IMG/VR virus record: IMGVR_UViG_3300010391_000003
Length of the DNA: 64,000 nucleotides
DNA from: an uncultured virus (IMG/VR IMGVR_UViG_3300010391_000003)
Lineage: Duplodnaviria > Heunggongvirae > Uroviricota > Caudoviricetes
Direction: 5' to 3' (one strand)
The position numbers were made by a program, and so were the translations under genes. The notes under the pieces are model-generated. The model made no database searches, was not told the DNA's origin, and worked only from the letters and a program-made list of their open reading frames with translations. The number at the start of each line of letters is the position of its first letter. Positions within the stretch are counted from its first letter, which is position 1. This document shows positions 10,681 to 21,943 of this stretch, piece by piece.

Positions 10681-11004
10681 ATGGAATTAGATGAAGAAAT
10701 AAAGATAAAAATTACAGAAAGACTTTTTAGAAGGATTTTTGAACAAATTCCAGAAGAATTGAATAATATCTGTATGGAATTGTTAGATGGGAAATATTTA
10801 GTAAATATAACAACACGTGGGAAGTTTACAATTGCAGAAATAAAATATTACAGAAATGGATATATACATCATTTCTTGGGAATTTCAGCAAAAAATCCAA
10901 ATGATGTTGCTGATCCAAGTCATGGAATAAAAGTTGCTGTTGAAGAGGCTCTTCTCAAATTGCTCGCAAAATTTTATACAGATGAATTATCAGGAAATAA
11001 ATAA
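10681..11004 (+). CDS. Hypothetical protein
   Basis: 107-aa ORF downstream of a TATA promoter. Confidence 0.55.
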   Translation: MELDEEIKIKITERLFRRIFEQIPEELNNICMELLDGKYLVNITTRGKFTIAEIKYYRNGYIHHFLGISAKNPNDVADPSHGIKVAVEEALLKLLAKFYTDELSGNK

Positions 11005-11006
11005 GT

Positions 11007-11159
11007 ATGAAAATACAATACAATAAGCAAACAAAGATGACATGGTCTTACATACCAACAGCGGTCGCAAGAATATTGGGTATTAACAAGGGAGACGAAA
11101 TAGATTTTAAAGAAGTAGAAAATAAATCTCCACCAGAATTTTTAATAAAGAAAAAATAG
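11007..11159 (+). CDS. AbrB/MazE/SpoVT-family DNA-binding protein (50 aa, below the ORF-track cutoff)
   Basis: Manual translation MKIQYNKQTKMTWSYIPTAVARILGINKGDEIDFKEV... matches the AbrB IP..v...LGI..GD.i.F pattern. Confidence 0.7.
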   Translation: MKIQYNKQTKMTWSYIPTAVARILGINKGDEIDFKEVENKSPPEFLIKKK

Positions 11160-11362
11160 ATATTTATATTAATACGAGGACTTTATGTTATACAAGGTAG
11201 AATATTTTCAAATTCCTGAAACATATGTAAGAATATCAATGAAAACAAAGGAATTTGATAAACTTCTCAATGAAGAATTTAGCGAAGTAAGTATAATTTA
11301 TGTATATAAAGGTTCAAGATATTTATTTATGGATGATGATTTTGTTATTGAGGAGTTAATAG

Positions 11363-11899
11363 ATGTCTGTTCTTAGTAATATTGATATTGAGGAAAACAT
11401 AAGACTTGGAACCTTGAAAGTTTATAAGTTGAATAAAGATACAATTCGTGAGGCAGGATTAGATCTAACAATTTCAGAAATATATTTAATAGAAAATCCA
11501 GATTATGAAGGAAAATATATTGATCTTCATGATCAAGACCCAAAAAGATTCAGAAGAGAAATCTCAAATAATGGAATGATAATAATAAGATCTGGAGAAT
11601 TTGTACTACTTTCTACAATAGAATTTATTGAAGTTCCAAATAACATACTTGGATTTTGTGCTATAAGATCAACAATTGCTAGAAGTGGTATAATTGCTCC
11701 TCCAACTATTGTTGATCCAGGATTTCATGGAACATTGACAATAGAAGTATTCAATGCCTCGAAGAAAAATATAATTTTACATGTTGGAGACAGATTCTTA
11801 CATCTTATTTTAGAATATACAAAAACTCCATGTGATAAACCATATTGTGGTGAATATCAAGGGCAAAAAATTGTGAGAGAACCAAAAAGAAGTGTTTAA
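11363..11899 (+). CDS. dcd: dCTP deaminase
   Basis: AGLDLT, RSTIARSG, IVDPGFHGTLTIE and YxGxYQGQ motifs. Confidence 0.9.
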   Translation: MSVLSNIDIEENIRLGTLKVYKLNKDTIREAGLDLTISEIYLIENPDYEGKYIDLHDQDPKRFRREISNNGMIIIRSGEFVLLSTIEFIEVPNNILGFCAIRSTIARSGIIAPPTIVDPGFHGTLTIEVFNASKKNIILHVGDRFLHLILEYTKTPCDKPYCGEYQGQKIVREPKRSV

Positions 11900-11948
11900 T
11901 AGAAATATTTATATACTTTAAAATTCATATAATCACACGAGATATTTA

Positions 11949-12566
11949 ATGGAAGAAAATTTACAAGTATTTTTAGATTTTGATGGTACTGTTGTTTCAT
12001 TTCACGACAGATTTTATAAGATTTACAGAGATGCATATTTATCAATTGGAGAAGTTCCACTTTCGAAGAAGGAGTGGAAAGAAGCTCGAAAATATGGAGA
12101 ACTAAAATATCCAATTGGAGTTCGCGAAAAAATAAATCCATTTTTTGAAAAATATTTTGAGTGTTCAGAATATTTGTTAAAATATGACAAAATATTTCCA
12201 GGAATGAAGAATGTTATAAAGTGTCTTCAAAATAAGTATCCAATAAAAATTGTGTCATTTAGGGCAAATAATGAGACATTAAAAGAACAATTAAAATATT
12301 TAGGAATAAATAATGTAGAGACAATAATTCAAGGATTCAGTCCTGGAATACCAGCAGACGAAAAAGCAAATATGATACAAAGAGTAATACCAAATCCGAA
12401 AGGTTGGATAATTGGCGATTGTCATTATGAAATACTTGCAGGACAGAAACTTGGATTAAAAACTATAGCTGTGACATGGGGAGATCAATCTGCAGAGACG
12501 CTTCAAAGACACAATCCAGATTTTATTATAGATAGTCCAAGAGAAATACTCAAAATAATACAATAA
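11949..12566 (+). CDS. HAD-superfamily phosphatase
   Basis: FLDFDGT motif I; IIGD...AG...TIAVTWG. Confidence 0.85.
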   Translation: MEENLQVFLDFDGTVVSFHDRFYKIYRDAYLSIGEVPLSKKEWKEARKYGELKYPIGVREKINPFFEKYFECSEYLLKYDKIFPGMKNVIKCLQNKYPIKIVSFRANNETLKEQLKYLGINNVETIIQGFSPGIPADEKANMIQRVIPNPKGWIIGDCHYEILAGQKLGLKTIAVTWGDQSAETLQRHNPDFIIDSPREILKIIQ

Positions 12567-13180
12567 TTAAGGACAGTTAAGACAAAGTTAATGTAGAACT
12601 TTTGCATTAACTACTAATTTTCGATATGTATTAGTATATTTTATCTAAAAAGTTAAAGAATTAATGTTTTTATAAAGACATAGATGTATATTAGTATATA
12701 ATACACAGAAAGATTTAAATACCATAACCTATATAGTAAATACTATTATGACAAAGAATAAAGATGGAACAGAAACAATACATTATTGTGCCTGTGGACA
12801 GTCTGTAAGACTCAGAAAGAAAGACAATATTTGGGTTCATTATGGATGGCACAGAGAGTTTGAGACATATGCGATGTTCTTAGAAAGAACAAATCATCCT
12901 GTAAAAAATATAACAAGTCAGATATGGAGAAAGTCTGTTTATCCATTTGAAAATGGGGTGAGAATAGTATGAATAGTGATAACAAAAGACTAATATTATT
13001 ATTTGTTTCAATAATGGGACTGGTAATATTTGCATTTGGTCTTGTATCAATTGGTATGTCACCTGAATTTTCCCAATATTTTTATGCAAATGTTGCTGTT
13101 TCGAAGGCAAATTGGAAAGAATTGATAATGATTATTGTTGGTTATGTAATAATAAGAATTTCTGCAGAAATGGAATAATT

Positions 13181-14209
13181 ATGTTAGATAAATTACTTAC
13201 TCGAGACGAATTTCGTAAAAGAGTTTTTGAAAGAGATAATCATCGTTGTATTATGGTTCTTCCAGAACATAGAGGAAGATGCACAAAATCTGCAGTAGAT
13301 GCTCATCATATTATAGAACGAAGATTGTGGGAAGATCCTTCTGAATTTGGAGGATATTTTATTAATAACGGTGCAAGTCTTTGTGAAGAACATCATATAG
13401 CTGCAGAAAAGAATTTCTATCCACCACAATATCTTTGGCAAATTATTGGAATTAAAGAACCAATTAGACCAAAATTATTTGTCAATGATTTGGATTATAA
13501 TAAGTGGGGGTTTCCATTCAAAATGCCGAAAAGATACCAAATTAAATATCCTTCAACACCATATCTTCCTTTCAGTCCTGGATGGAAAGAACCAAATTCT
13601 GATAAAGATGATAATGCATATTTAGAAAGTGTTGATTGTCTTCTCAATACTCCTCTTGTTACAACCATAAAAATGGATGGTTCTAATATACAGATGACCA
13701 AAAATCATATTGCAGCAAGAAATGGCACTTGTGCAATACATAAGAGTTTTGACTTTCTTAAAGCACTTCATGCACAAAAATATGGTATGTTGATACCAGA
13801 TGGCATTGAGGTTTTTGGAGAATGGCTTTATGCAAAACATAGCATTCATTATGATAGAGATATATCCCTTAATAACTATCTTCAGATTTTCGGAGTTTAC
13901 GACATGAATAGAAGGCTTTGGGGCTCATGGGACAATGTTGAAAACATGGCAAAAATTCTTGGTGTTCCAACAACACCAGTTCTAAAATTTGTTTCATACG
14001 AAAAGGATTGGCAATTAATTTTTGATGTTACAAATATGGCTCAATCTGTTATTAAAAGAGGACATGAAGGAATTGTTATTAGAATTGTATATCCATTTCA
14101 CTATGGACAATTTGAAGATCATATTGCGAAATATGTAAGACCAAATCATGTCCAAACGGATCAACATTGGACAGAACAGCAAACTGTAAAAAATATATTA
14201 AAAAATTAG
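13181..14209 (+). CDS. RNA ligase family protein with N-terminal HNH domain
   Basis: N-terminal VFERDNHRC...DAHHII...NGASLCEEHH; ligase motifs KYPSTPYLPFSPG, KMDGSN, VFGEW, EGIVIR, AKYVRPNHVQTD.HW; ATG 13181. Confidence 0.85.
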   Translation: MLDKLLTRDEFRKRVFERDNHRCIMVLPEHRGRCTKSAVDAHHIIERRLWEDPSEFGGYFINNGASLCEEHHIAAEKNFYPPQYLWQIIGIKEPIRPKLFVNDLDYNKWGFPFKMPKRYQIKYPSTPYLPFSPGWKEPNSDKDDNAYLESVDCLLNTPLVTTIKMDGSNIQMTKNHIAARNGTCAIHKSFDFLKALHAQKYGMLIPDGIEVFGEWLYAKHSIHYDRDISLNNYLQIFGVYDMNRRLWGSWDNVENMAKILGVPTTPVLKFVSYEKDWQLIFDVTNMAQSVIKRGHEGIVIRIVYPFHYGQFEDHIAKYVRPNHVQTDQHWTEQQTVKNILKN

Positions 14210-14606
14210 AAAACTATATATGATAAGACTTTCATACAAGTTATTAAGAGGACAATAAATATGAGAAAAGAAGAAATAAAAGAGATGATAAAAGACTATT
14301 TGGAATCCAATGAAGGTAATATGGATATGCATGGTCTTACACCAGATGGAGCAGCAGACACAGAAGCCATGGCTGAAAAAATAACAGAAAAGGTGTGGGA
14401 ATATGTAATATATGAACATTATATGAAAGTACTGGATAGAAGTTTCTCTCGAATGAGGTAATTATGAAAATAGAAGAAAAAATCTTATCATTTTATGTAA
14501 ATAACCATGAATTAATGCCAATGACAGAATTCCAGAAAGGATATCTTAGAGCCTTAACAGATATAGTGGTAAAGAAAGATCCTATGCAAATTATAGAGGT
14601 TTAATT

Positions 14607-15224
14607 ATGGGTAGAAGATTAAAACAAATTAAAAGAGGAGATCTCGGAGACTTTGGAAAACAGGTTGTAGATTCTTTGATAAATACGAAGAAAAGACCTC
14701 AGAAAGACGAAAAAGAAGAACAAATGAGGTGTAAAGTAGAAATATATGAAGGAACACTTGTTAGGCGTCTTACCGATTCTTTTATTGTAAATACAAATTA
14801 TATAGAAGATACAGTTTCTGAAATTGTATCAAAATATGGTGAAAATGTTCAATTTATAATTACAAATCTATATAATGAAGAAACTGTGGCAAAAAGATTC
14901 ACATATATAGGAGGATATGACAAAGAAAGAGTTGATAGAGAACATTATAATCATCAAATGGAATTATATAAACGAGTCCAAAAGCTTAAAGAAGATGGAA
15001 AAACAGAAGAACAGGCTTGTGACAAAACATCACATTTGGCTTCAAGGTCATACATAAGAGAAATATATAGAAAATCTGAAGAAGATTTTAAGAATGAACT
15101 GAGAGATGAATATGGAAATCAGAATTTGGGTAAATCACAATCAAACATACTTACGGAAGATTTAAATACTAAGAAAGATATATTAACAAATAGCAATCTC
15201 AAAGGTGAAAATGATGAAGAATAG
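14607..15224 (+). CDS. Hypothetical protein
   Basis: 205-aa ORF with a GAGGT Shine-Dalgarno. Confidence 0.6.
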   Translation: MGRRLKQIKRGDLGDFGKQVVDSLINTKKRPQKDEKEEQMRCKVEIYEGTLVRRLTDSFIVNTNYIEDTVSEIVSKYGENVQFIITNLYNEETVAKRFTYIGGYDKERVDREHYNHQMELYKRVQKLKEDGKTEEQACDKTSHLASRSYIREIYRKSEEDFKNELRDEYGNQNLGKSQSNILTEDLNTKKDILTNSNLKGENDEE

Positions 15225-15724
15225 AAATGAGAGAGATGCAGAAAGGAGAAATTACATAAGAGAAAGAACAAAAGAAAATCTCGATCTTGTTGTAAATGAT
15301 CCTCAAAGTCTGTTTGCGAAGGAAACAATAAAATGACAAAGCTTAAAAGTATAAAAAGAACGAGAATTTTGGATGATTCACAGCCTCCATTTAGATGCAT
15401 AATTTGTGGTAAATCATTTAGAACACAAGATGAACTTTCTGAGCATCAATATTATAATTGTACAGGTGGATGGTAATTTGAAATCTTATATATCTGTTTT
15501 ACGATCAAGGTGGAAAGATTATTTATATTCTGATGGTGTACAAGTTAAATTAACAACACACGAATATACTTCTGGATTTTTATATCCACAATTTGGAGGA
15601 GTTGTTCCAAAAATAGAAGTGCATAAACTTTTACAAAAATTCTATAATGAACGAATACAATTTATTCCCAAAGAAAAGAGATCCAAATTTAACGAATATT
15701 TTAAGAAAGCATTTGAAGTAGAAA

Positions 15725-16147
15725 TTGGATGGTAATTTGACAGAATTATATCATGTAACATTTAAAACCAGAGCAAAAAGTATTATCTCTGATGGTATAG
15801 TCCCAAAAAGAAAATCTGTTTATAAAGGACTCTTCACCGAAATAAAAAATATTGGAAGTATATATGCCTTTACAAATTTTGATGACGCTGCAAGATGGGC
15901 ATCTCGTATGAATTTTGACTTTGAACGTCAAACAATTATTGTTATTTTTAAAGATGATATTAAAAAATGGAAACAGGATATTCATTTTGAAGGAGCAGGA
16001 GCAAGAGGAATGTGGATAAAGAAACAAGGTTCAGTTCCTGCAAAAAATATAATTAAAATCATAGATCATACACAAGAAATGACAAGAGCAATCGTACAAA
16101 CTCTGGGAAGTAGAAAACAACAACATAAAAGTGGGAGAATAATATGA
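15725..16147 (+). CDS. ADP-ribosyltransferase-fold protein (Tpt1/KptA/DUF952-like)
   Basis: LYHVT...SIISDGIVP...IYAFT...A..WA and C-terminal VPAKNII pattern. Confidence 0.6.
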   Translation: MDGNLTELYHVTFKTRAKSIISDGIVPKRKSVYKGLFTEIKNIGSIYAFTNFDDAARWASRMNFDFERQTIIVIFKDDIKKWKQDIHFEGAGARGMWIKKQGSVPAKNIIKIIDHTQEMTRAIVQTLGSRKQQHKSGRII

Positions 16148-16306
16148 CAAGATACAAAATAAGAGATCAATTCGGTTATGATTTGGGTGTAGTTTCTGCA
16201 ACTAATCAAGAAGAAGCAAGGAATAAAGCAAAGAAAAAGTATAAAAAATCAACTGTTAGAGTCATGAAAATAAGATAGTTATTGAAGTCTAGTCAGCTTC
16301 GATTTC

Positions 16307-16369
16307 CGACAGGACAATAGTACTACGCAAAAATCTGAGAAAGATGTTATTCCCCTAAAAGTCCTGTCG
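16307..16369 (+). ncRNA. Candidate 63-nt stem-closed small RNA element (copy A)
   Basis: CGACAGGAC/GTCCTGTCG perfect 9-bp closing stem with a 45-nt interior; intergenic; shares motifs with 31010-31072. Confidence 0.4.
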
Positions 16370-16389
16370 TTACACTAATTTGGATAAAT

Positions 16390-16683
16390 ATGAATAGAAA
16401 ATTTGTAATTATAATAATTTTAATATTATCTGTTGTTAGTGTATCTGCAGTCAATATGACTGAAAGAACATCAAATTGTGTAAGTATATTAAATTATGAG
16501 GGAATAACAACACTTGTAGGTTCATTGATGCTATTAATATTTGGAATAATGATAGTAGTCAATGCATTAAAAGAAGAAGATCCAAACATGATAGTCTTTG
16601 GAATAGTAACTGTTATTATTGGTTTTGGTGGATTATTGTTTGGAAATTATATATTTTCTATTATACACAGTGTATTATGTTAG
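16390..16683 (+). CDS. Small membrane protein
   Basis: Signal peptide plus two TM helices. Confidence 0.6.
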   Translation: MNRKFVIIIILILSVVSVSAVNMTERTSNCVSILNYEGITTLVGSLMLLIFGIMIVVNALKEEDPNMIVFGIVTVIIGFGGLLFGNYIFSIIHSVLC

Positions 16684-16694
16684 TTTCAAAAACC

Positions 16695-16739
16695 TTTATA
16701 TACTATAACTTTCATTATTAGTTATAGAGGCAATAATAT
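16695..16739 (+). promoter_or_regulatory. TATA promoter with palindromic operator CTATAACT-N9-AGTTATAG (copy 1)
   Basis: 44/45 nt identical to 19913-19957; directly precedes the CCA gene start. Confidence 0.75.
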
Positions 16740-18125
16740 ATGAAAGAACTAAGCAACAACATAAGAGAGGCATTCTGGGGATATGAACTATTTTATGTTG
16801 GAGGCTATGTCAGAGACAGGGTAATGGAAGATATAATTGGAAAGGAGATAATATCGAAAGATGTCGACTTTGCAACTAATGCAACTCCAAGTGGTCTTAT
16901 TACTCTGTGCAAATCATGGGGTCTTAACTACAGATATACAAAGAATAGTATTGCTCATGGAACAATAACAATAGAAGGTTATGAATTTACAACATACAGA
17001 AAGGATGTTTCCTGCGACGGACATAATGCAATCGTAGAATGGGCTGAAACTATTGAAGAAGATCTTTCAAGAAGAGATATAACTATTAATGCAATGGCTT
17101 TTAACTTCTGGACTGGAGAACTTGTAGATCCATTCAATGGAGTTAATGATATAAAGAATAAAATAATCAGAGCAGTAGGTAATCCAGATGAACGTCTTAA
17201 AGAAGATACTCTTAGAGCACTCAGAGCAGTCAGATTTGCAAATAAATTTGGATTCGAAATAGAAGATGAACTTCTTATAGCAATAAAAAATACAGATATT
17301 TCTAATATTTCTGTCGAAAGAATTCGGGAAGAATTTATGAAAATACTGGAAACAAGAAGTGATAATTATATTCTTAGTATTCTATATAAAGTAATTCCCG
17401 AATTTGGTGTTCTTGATAAACTTGATGGTGGAGATAAACATGCTGAAACTGTAAATGTTCATTCTATATGGACTATGAGAAGTATGATGGAAGCTTCAGA
17501 TAAGCCTCTCAATGCACTTATAGCACTACTTCATGATATCGGTAAAGGATTTACCTTTGACGACCCAGATAGAAAATTCAAGGGGCACGAAGATATTGGC
17601 GCAGAGAAAATAAAGAGGATAATGGAAAGGTTTAATACATTCTCTAATGATGAAATTGATTATGCATATGTAATGGTAAAAAATCACATGAGATGGCATT
17701 TCTTCGATAAAAAATTCGAATCTCCAACTGATAAAACTCTCAGAAAAGCAATAAGAGATCTTCCCGACAAATTTGATAAGCAGGAAATGATGACAGATCT
17801 GATTATTCTTACGTGGGCAGATTGCCAAGCTAATCTTCTTAATAAACCTGAATCTCTCGAAGATTATGTAGAAAGAAAAGGAATCTATAAAAGAGCACTG
17901 GAAATGATAGATGAAAAACCAGAAGTAAAAATAGGTTCTGGGCTCGAACTTAATGGTAATGATCTTATCGAAATGGGATTTAAACCTTCCCCTCTCTTTA
18001 ATACAATCCTGACCGATGTTCTGAATAAAGTCATTGGAGAAGATGAAAGTATGAAGCTGGATAATAATAAGGAAATGCTAAAGAAATATGTAATAAAGAA
18101 TTATGTCAACAAAGAAAGAAGATAA
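16740..18125 (+). CDS. cca: Class II (bacterial-type) CCA-adding enzyme / tRNA nucleotidyltransferase with HD domain
   Basis: VGGYVRD, DVDFAT, EEDLSRRDITINAMA, EDTLRALRAVRF (EDxxR), HD motif LLHDIGK. Confidence 0.9.
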   Translation: MKELSNNIREAFWGYELFYVGGYVRDRVMEDIIGKEIISKDVDFATNATPSGLITLCKSWGLNYRYTKNSIAHGTITIEGYEFTTYRKDVSCDGHNAIVEWAETIEEDLSRRDITINAMAFNFWTGELVDPFNGVNDIKNKIIRAVGNPDERLKEDTLRALRAVRFANKFGFEIEDELLIAIKNTDISNISVERIREEFMKILETRSDNYILSILYKVIPEFGVLDKLDGGDKHAETVNVHSIWTMRSMMEASDKPLNALIALLHDIGKGFTFDDPDRKFKGHEDIGAEKIKRIMERFNTFSNDEIDYAYVMVKNHMRWHFFDKKFESPTDKTLRKAIRDLPDKFDKQEMMTDLIILTWADCQANLLNKPESLEDYVERKGIYKRALEMIDEKPEVKIGSGLELNGNDLIEMGFKPSPLFNTILTDVLNKVIGEDESMKLDNNKEMLKKYVIKNYVNKERR

Positions 18126-18573
18126 AATTTGTCCAAAGTGTGGAAATTCAGATGATAAAATCATTACAGAATCCTTCTCACACTTAGATGATTTCTTCTT
18201 ATTTGAATATTATTGTTAATGATTGTGAATGTTTTTGGAGTAGAGTATTTTCATATATTGGTATTACCATAAGAGATGAAGAAAAACATAAAGAATTTAT
18301 AAGTAAGATATTTCCAAGGTAATATGACATTAATATGTGAATTTTGTGATAGAGAAGACAGTGAATCTTTACGAATGGCACTTGGTAAATTTGCGTGTTG
18401 GAGATGTTACCCCACAAAAATATATATAGAAAATAAAATAGAAGAAACTAAAAATGATAGAATAGAATGCACTTGTCATGGTTGTTGTTCATTATCAGAA
18501 TTAGGATATATAAAGAAGAATAATAGTTGGATTAAGCAAAAGTTATAAATACTTAAAAATTCAATTAGATATT

Positions 18574-18891
18574 ATGAAAAAATCTCCATGTGATAAATGT
18601 GATGCAAGATGTTGTACATATAATCACATACTTTTAGAAGAAAGTGAAAGATTTAAGTACATATCAAATGATATTGAAAATATTATAGGAAGTTATCTTG
18701 TTCTTCCTATGAATCATGGAAAGTGTCCATATCTTTCAGGAAATAAATGTAGTATTTATGACAACAGACCAATATCCTGTAGAACATTTGAATGTGTTTA
18801 TGGATACAAAAATAGAAAAGGAAAGAAAACATTGACAGAATTTTTAAAAGATAATCCCGATGTTGTAAAATTAATAGAGGAAACAAAATGA
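18574..18891 (+). CDS. YkgJ-family (CxxCxxCC) Fe-S/Zn cluster protein
   Basis: CDKCDARCC...CPYL..NKCSIYDNRP..CR.F.C. Confidence 0.8.
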   Translation: MKKSPCDKCDARCCTYNHILLEESERFKYISNDIENIIGSYLVLPMNHGKCPYLSGNKCSIYDNRPISCRTFECVYGYKNRKGKKTLTEFLKDNPDVVKLIEETK

Positions 18892-19397
18892 AAACACTGG
18901 TGATTGGTGGATTAGGAAAAGGAATGTCTCTTAATTTATTAAAAATAAAAAGTATGAAAGAACTTAAATTAATAATAATTCGTGGTCTTCCAGGATCTGG
19001 AAAATCAACTCTTTCTGGATCACTGAAAGGTACAACTGGAATAATACATTCTACAGATAGTTATTTTATTACAGACGGAATATATAAATTTGATGAAACA
19101 AAACTTTCTGAATATCACAATCGTAATCTCGAAGATGCAATAGAATCTATGGAGAAAGGTATATCACCGATAATTATAGATAATACTAATCTTATTGCAG
19201 AATATGCATTTACATATGTTATAGAAGCGAAATTCTATGGATATGAAATTGAAGTTGCGGAAACACAAAATCTGTGGAGATTCGATATTGAGGAACTTAT
19301 GAAAAGAAATATTCGTGATATTCCACGTGAAAGATTGGAGACAATGATAAAACTCTATGAACCATTAGAAATATTTAAGGAGAAATTGAGAATATGA
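18888..19397 (+). CDS. AAA_33 P-loop polynucleotide-kinase-like protein
   Basis: LIIIRGLPGSGKST, STDSYF and IIIDNTN motifs typical of PNK/N4BP2-like kinases. Confidence 0.85.
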   Translation: MKTLVIGGLGKGMSLNLLKIKSMKELKLIIIRGLPGSGKSTLSGSLKGTTGIIHSTDSYFITDGIYKFDETKLSEYHNRNLEDAIESMEKGISPIIIDNTNLIAEYAFTYVIEAKFYGYEIEVAETQNLWRFDIEELMKRNIRDIPRERLETMIKLYEPLEIFKEKLRI

Positions 19398-19912
19398 TGA
19401 CAACTATGAAAGATAGGGCATCACTTAGAATTTTATTAGAAAATCTGATAGAATCCAATGATGTCTATATATGTATTCTTTGTGGACACACTATGAATAT
19501 ACATCCCAGAAGATGTACAAAATGTAATTCTAATATAGAGGATAAATTATGACAAAAATATTATGTATTGAAATTGGTGAAAATGGAAAATGTTTGGGTG
19601 GTATCGAAGGATGTCCACATTGTGAATTTAATTTTAAATATGATACATTATCTCCAAGTGGTTGGTATTGTCATCATAATGTAGTTATTGAATATATAGG
19701 TAAAGAGGATATAATACCAAAATGGTGTCCACTTCCTGACAAAAAATGTATTGAAAAGAACGAATTTCAAAACAAAACATATAAAGCAATTATTGCTGAA
19801 CTTGAAAGACTCGAAATCCAAGGAATATATAAAGGAAATGGACATCATTTGGCACAAAGATTGTGTGAAATGTTATGGAGTGAATTTAAAGATAACATAA
19901 ATAAGCAATAAG

Positions 19913-19957
19913 TTTATATACTATAACTTTCATTATTAGTTATAGAGTCAATAATAT
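19913..19957 (+). promoter_or_regulatory. TATA promoter with palindromic operator (copy 2)
   Basis: Near-identical to 16695-16739; precedes ORF 19956. Confidence 0.75.
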
Positions 19958-20158
19958 GACAGATTCAAAATCTATCCCAAAAAGATGTCCAATATGTAAA
20001 GGTACAGAACTTTCAATATGTCAATATGATAGTATATCTGTTGGATATGAAGGTTCTGCTGGAGTATATTGTGAAAATTGTGGTGAAATTGGAACTGTCC
20101 AAATAAGAATAGTTCCAAAAAATGGTACATTTTATTATATGAATGAATAGGTGATAAT

Positions 20159-20806
20159 ATGACAAATATAACAAATACCACAAAAAATCCGAAAAGAGAA
20201 TGGTTGTATGGTGGAAATCCAGGTGCAATCGAATTGCAAGAGAAAGTTGGACAAATGGAATTATCAAAATCAAACCAACTTCCACGCAAAACAAATAACT
20301 CCGAAAAATCTATTTATGAAAAATTGGGAATTAAGATTTTAGAAAGAGGTAATAATGATCCATTATTTGTTGAAGCTATTCTTCCAGAAGGATGGAAAAT
20401 ATTACCAACAGAACACTCCTTGTGGAGTAATTTAGTTGATCATCTGAATAGAAAAAGAGCAATGATATTCTATAAGGCAGCATTTTATGACAGAGACGCA
20501 CATATATCATTCAACACAAGATATAAATATGGAATTATTACATACTTAGAAAATGATGACGAAAAATATCCAGACTTCTATGATAAGAAGAACCACATTA
20601 CAATTTTTGGAAGAGTTCTTGATGGAGATAAAGTCATACATGAAACACAACGTGATATTTTTGTAGGAAAATATGACGAAAAAAATAAAGAAAGGTGGTG
20701 GAAAAACTATGACAATCTCGAAAAATCTAAGCGTGAAGAATGTAAAAAATGGCTTGATGAAAAATATCCAGAATGGAATAATATTTTTAATTATTGGGAA
20801 AAATAA
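20159..20806 (+). CDS. Hypothetical virus-type protein
   Basis: 215-aa ORF with GGTGA SD; LPEGW...R.RA.IFYKAAFYDRDA pattern. Confidence 0.6.
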   Translation: MTNITNTTKNPKREWLYGGNPGAIELQEKVGQMELSKSNQLPRKTNNSEKSIYEKLGIKILERGNNDPLFVEAILPEGWKILPTEHSLWSNLVDHLNRKRAMIFYKAAFYDRDAHISFNTRYKYGIITYLENDDEKYPDFYDKKNHITIFGRVLDGDKVIHETQRDIFVGKYDEKNKERWWKNYDNLEKSKREECKKWLDEKYPEWNNIFNYWEK

Positions 20807-21580
20807 ATAAAATTTTATGTAAGTGGTTCGATTTGGGAAATAAAGGATATGTAACAATCGGAGATTTTATTAAAGGAATTATATTTACAATAATTATTAT
20901 ATTAATGATAACACTTGTAATATATTCAATAATTGAATTTTTTACAGGTATTCTATCAGCTATTGAAGAAGTTCCACCAACACTTTCATTTTTTATGTTA
21001 GGAGGAACAATCGTAATACTTTTTGCAGCGTTTGTATTAATTTTTATTATCTCTGGAATTATAGAATTGATAAAATATATTTCTGATATTAAAATTGCAA
21101 AATGTGAATTAAAAAATAACGAACAAGACACTTCATCTCCTGTTAAATATTCAATGAAAACAGTACCACTTAAAACTGAAATGGAGGAAAAGATTTAAAT
21201 GTATTATTTTAAATTTTTATGGTTTACTGTTACAGCACAATCATTAATAAAGTTTTTATTTTTATCAATCATAGCTATATTAATAGATTATGCAATTGCA
21301 TGTTTAACATTGTATGCATTTGTACAGCTTACAGGATTTTTAACATTTAGTTTGATAAATGGATTATGGACAGCAATATTATTGTGGATAGCTTTCATAA
21401 TATTTGGAGCAAAACAATAAATAGGAAGATATTATGACATATCAAGAAGATTTAGAGCTAATAGCAAAAACTGATGCAGATAAAATACGACATAAAAAAA
21501 CTATGTTTGAATGGGAAACAAATATGTCTAGAATAAGAAGAGAAGCAGAATATAGAGATTACAGGAACGAGGAATAAGAC

Positions 21581-21943
21581 ATGAAGATAGGAATAATAGG
21601 ATCTCGAAGAAGAAATACAGAAGAAGATTTAAAGAAAACAACAGACGCATTTCTTAAACTTAAATCAGAATATAAAGAAGTTTCAATTGTTTCAGGTGGA
21701 TGTACTAAAGGTGGAGATCACTTTGCTGAAATAATTTCTTGTCTTCAAAATATTCCGATAAAAATATATTATCCAGAATGGAATGTATATGGAAGATTAG
21801 CAGGATTTTATAGAAATACAGATATAGCAAAAAATTCTAATATTTTAATAGCTTGTGTTCATCCATCTCGAACAGGTGGAACAGAAGATACAATAAAAAA
21901 ATTTAAGAAATTTCATCCACAAGGAAAGATCATACTTGTTTAG
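21581..21943 (+). CDS. SLOG-superfamily (DprA/DUF2493-like) protein
   Basis: IGIIGSR, IVSGGC..GGD, AGF.RN..IA, GGT..TI. Confidence 0.8.
   Translation: MKIGIIGSRRRNTEEDLKKTTDAFLKLKSEYKEVSIVSGGCTKGGDHFAEIISCLQNIPIKIYYPEWNVYGRLAGFYRNTDIAKNSNILIACVHPSRTGGTEDTIKKFKKFHPQGKIILV

Noticed and set aside
16280..16316. tRNA-like T-arm (GCTTCGATTTCCGAC)
   Set aside because: T-stem has mismatches and no D or anticodon arm can be built; at most a degenerate fragment
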